DNA of 63,751 nucleotides, counting the filler. It is 5 parts of 5 records of this genome, joined end to end, with 100 filler letters (N's around TTAATTAATTAA, not from the genome) between each part and the next. Parts side by side here need not be neighbours in the genome. Positions count along the whole stretch, not along the records: positions 54,620 to 63,751 come from DRR723986_5774; 4 more parts are not named here. One strand, given 5' to 3'. The notes under the pieces are model-generated. The model saw only the letters and a list, made by a program, of their open reading frames with translations, did not search any database and was not told the DNA's origin. This document shows, one piece after another, positions 61,753-63,751 of the stretch; within the stretch, counting starts at the first letter, position 1, and each line of letters begins with the position of its first letter. A program made the position numbers and the translations under genes.

Positions 61753-62709
61753 ATGAAATCCGGCATTCCGTCACTGAATCTGCCCGTTCACCGGGATCAG
61801 ACACCGCCAGCCACCGAGGAAACACACCCGGAAGGTCTTCAGGCCGTACTCGATAATCTGGATGCCCTGGTGTACGTCTCCGATTTTACAACACACGATC
61901 TGCTGTACATGAACGCTTACGGCCGGCAGATCTGGGGTGACATTGGCAACCGAAAATGCTGGCAGGTGCTTCAGGACGGTGACGGCCCATGCAGCTTCTG
62001 CACCAATCACCTGCTGATCAATGATCAGGGCGAGCCCAACAAACCCCATGTCTGGGAGTTCCAGAATCAACTGGACCAACGATGGTACCAGTGCCGTGAC
62101 CAGGCGATCCGCTGGACCGATGGCCGCCTGGTGAGGTTGGAGATTGCCACTGATATTACCGAACGTAAACAGATGGAGCTGAAGCTGCGGGCAGCTCACG
62201 AAAAAGCCAGGGCGGCAGCGCTGGAGGATGAACTTACCGGGCTGCATAACCGACGCGCGTTCTTCGAGTTCGGAGAGCAACTGCTGAACCAGTCTGCCAG
62301 GCATCAGACACCACTGACTCTGGTCATGATGGATCTGGATCACTTCAAGATCATCAACGATACCTACGGTCACCAGGCGGGCGATGAAGTGTTGAAGCAG
62401 GTCAGCGGGCTACTGAAAGCCCGGATTCGGGATTGCGATATTGTGGCCAGAATGGGCGGAGAGGAATTCGCCATTCTGCTACCGGACACCGACATGACGA
62501 TGGCACACGTGTTGGCGAGCCGCTTGCTGGCCTTGCTTTGTAATCTGGTGGTGTCTTACGAGAAAAGCAGAATCTCGCCGTCGGCAAGTATCGGAATCAG
62601 TAGCCTGGGAAACGGCGACCGCAGACTGGAAGATCTGATGTGTCGCGCAGACGAGGCCATGTACCAGTCCAAGGCCAGAGGAAGAAGCAGAGTGACACTG
62701 GCCACCTAA
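61753..62709 (+). CDS. PAS-GGDEF diguanylate cyclase
   Basis: DELTGLHNRR, DLDHFKIIND, RDCD I-site, GGEEF. Confidence 0.93.
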   Translation: MKSGIPSLNLPVHRDQTPPATEETHPEGLQAVLDNLDALVYVSDFTTHDLLYMNAYGRQIWGDIGNRKCWQVLQDGDGPCSFCTNHLLINDQGEPNKPHVWEFQNQLDQRWYQCRDQAIRWTDGRLVRLEIATDITERKQMELKLRAAHEKARAAALEDELTGLHNRRAFFEFGEQLLNQSARHQTPLTLVMMDLDHFKIINDTYGHQAGDEVLKQVSGLLKARIRDCDIVARMGGEEFAILLPDTDMTMAHVLASRLLALLCNLVVSYEKSRISPSASIGISSLGNGDRRLEDLMCRADEAMYQSKARGRSRVTLAT

Positions 62710-62725
62710 ACCCAGGAAGGCCTCG

Positions 62726-63556
62726 CTAACGGCCCTCCTCGGTATACCGGATGAGATACTCTTCAATCAACTCTTCCAGCCTGCCCTGCTCCGTCAACTC
62801 CAGCAACCTGGCTGCAAAAGCCTCTCGCAAGGCTTTGCTATTGCAGCGGGAAAGTTTCGGAAACGCGAAGAACAGGCCTTCTCTGCTCACAGGGGGCTCC
62901 AGCGCCACAAAGTCATTCGACATGCCATACCGGGCCAGCTTCGCCCGCCCCTGCAACAACTCGTACAGTACATAATCGATACGACCGATATCGGCCATCA
63001 GGTAGGACTGGTGAATGGAGCGGACGCCGAGGATATCCAGGTGATCGGCGGCAAAGCTGTCGAACCGCTCACCGAAACTGTTGTCGATCAGGGTGCTGCC
63101 TTGTTTCCCCTCCAGGTCCGGCCAGTGCCGATACTCAAACATCCTTTGCCGCGGCACCCAGACATTGGTATCGAGATGAATCATGGGCGGAAGAACATAA
63201 TCCAGGTACCCCAATCTTTCTGCCGTGATAAAGGCTCCGGCCACCAGATCGATCTCCCCCAACTCTGCCAACCGCTGTACCCGCGCCCAGGACCCAATAT
63301 TGCGGACATTGACCTTGATACCCAGGGGCTCCACCAACTCCCGCAGGAAATGAGGAACCGCGCCATTTAAAAGATCCGGCGACTCCACGCTCGGCCATAG
63401 GAGAGGCGGATACTCCGGATTACCACTCACTCTCAGCGTTGAACACTCAGACAAAGGGGCAGCTCGCAGACCAAAGGATGCGCATAGCAAAAAGAGCAAC
63501 GCATACCAGAACTTGTGCGCTTTCGAAGACACCCTGTTACAACGAATTTTCAGCAC
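62726..63556 (-). CDS. Periplasmic substrate-binding protein (family 3-like)
   Basis: Signal peptide, GNPEYPP, GSWARVQ, IDLVAG; start uncertain. Confidence 0.8.
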   Translation of the reverse strand: MLKIRCNRVSSKAHKFWYALLFLLCASFGLRAAPLSECSTLRVSGNPEYPPLLWPSVESPDLLNGAVPHFLRELVEPLGIKVNVRNIGSWARVQRLAELGEIDLVAGAFITAERLGYLDYVLPPMIHLDTNVWVPRQRMFEYRHWPDLEGKQGSTLIDNSFGERFDSFAADHLDILGVRSIHQSYLMADIGRIDYVLYELLQGRAKLARYGMSNDFVALEPPVSREGLFFAFPKLSRCNSKALREAFAARLLELTEQGRLEELIEEYLIRYTEEGR

Positions 63557-63655
63557 AGTGAAACCTTCCCGTGAGGAATAACCTCATGGCATTTAGTTAA
63601 CATCCTCAACTATTTTAAGTATAGCAGGGCGACAGTCCCGGCAAACGATTTTCTT

Positions 63656-63669
63656 TTGATATTAATCAA
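63656..63669. promoter_or_regulatory. FNR/Anr box
   Basis: Perfect TTGAT-ATTA-ATCAA. Confidence 0.75.
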
Positions 63670-63712
63670 GGATGGCGAGCTTATTTCGCAAATCGACGCG
63701 CAAGGTCGGAAT

Positions 63713-63736
63713 CAGGGAGCCATCGCTCCCTGTTTT
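63713..63736 (+). terminator. Intrinsic terminator-like hairpin
   Basis: cagggagc-catc-gctccctg followed by tttt. Confidence 0.6.
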
Positions 63737-63751
63737 CTTACGAGCGGCGGG

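Noticed and set aside
63670-63736. RsmY/RsmZ-type sRNA
   Set aside because: Too few GGA hairpin loops and too short to call; kept only as a generic candidate

Overview
This window is not one locus. It is five unrelated contigs joined by artificial N44-TTAATTAATTAA-N44 linkers. (1) 1-20678 is a GC-rich alphaproteobacterium (Roseibium/Labrenzia-like, inferred). It carries Zur-controlled zinT, an AT-rich PD-(D/E)XK nuclease gene bracketed by ~126-bp direct repeats, a LacI-regulated glycerophosphodiester ABC/GDPD operon, a Gtr-like surface-glycosylation cluster and tRNA-Ala(GGC). (2) 20779-29792 is an FCB-group bacterium (Kapabacteria/Bacteroidota-like) with mscS, malQ, a nitrilase and a large Ig-repeat T9SS-type protein. 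(3) 29893-42304 is FCB-like, with a Ycf48-like lipoprotein, an ArsR plus metal-binding pair, and a type I-B CRISPR-Cas locus. In that locus cas8b-cas7-cas5-cas3-cas6 and cas4 are intact, cas1 is reduced to a stop-interrupted stub, cas2 is 5'-truncated, a foreign antisense ORF sits in the gap, and the leader and first partial repeat reach the contig end. (4) 42405-54519 is a Rhodobacteraceae contig with soxSRT/soxVWXY' and cfa-trgAB-cysK-mscS-alaX. (5) 54620-63751 is Marinobacter-like, with an MCP, a SixA-CHAD fusion, CDF, LysR, rarD, rhodanese, ychJ, a diguanylate cyclase and an SBP. The best leads are the adaptation-dead type I-B system with its replacement insert, the repeat-flanked nuclease with a duplicated FNR-type promoter, and the Gtr plus BcbE/F/G-like cluster. 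All family calls come from motif recognition by eye. No database searches were run.
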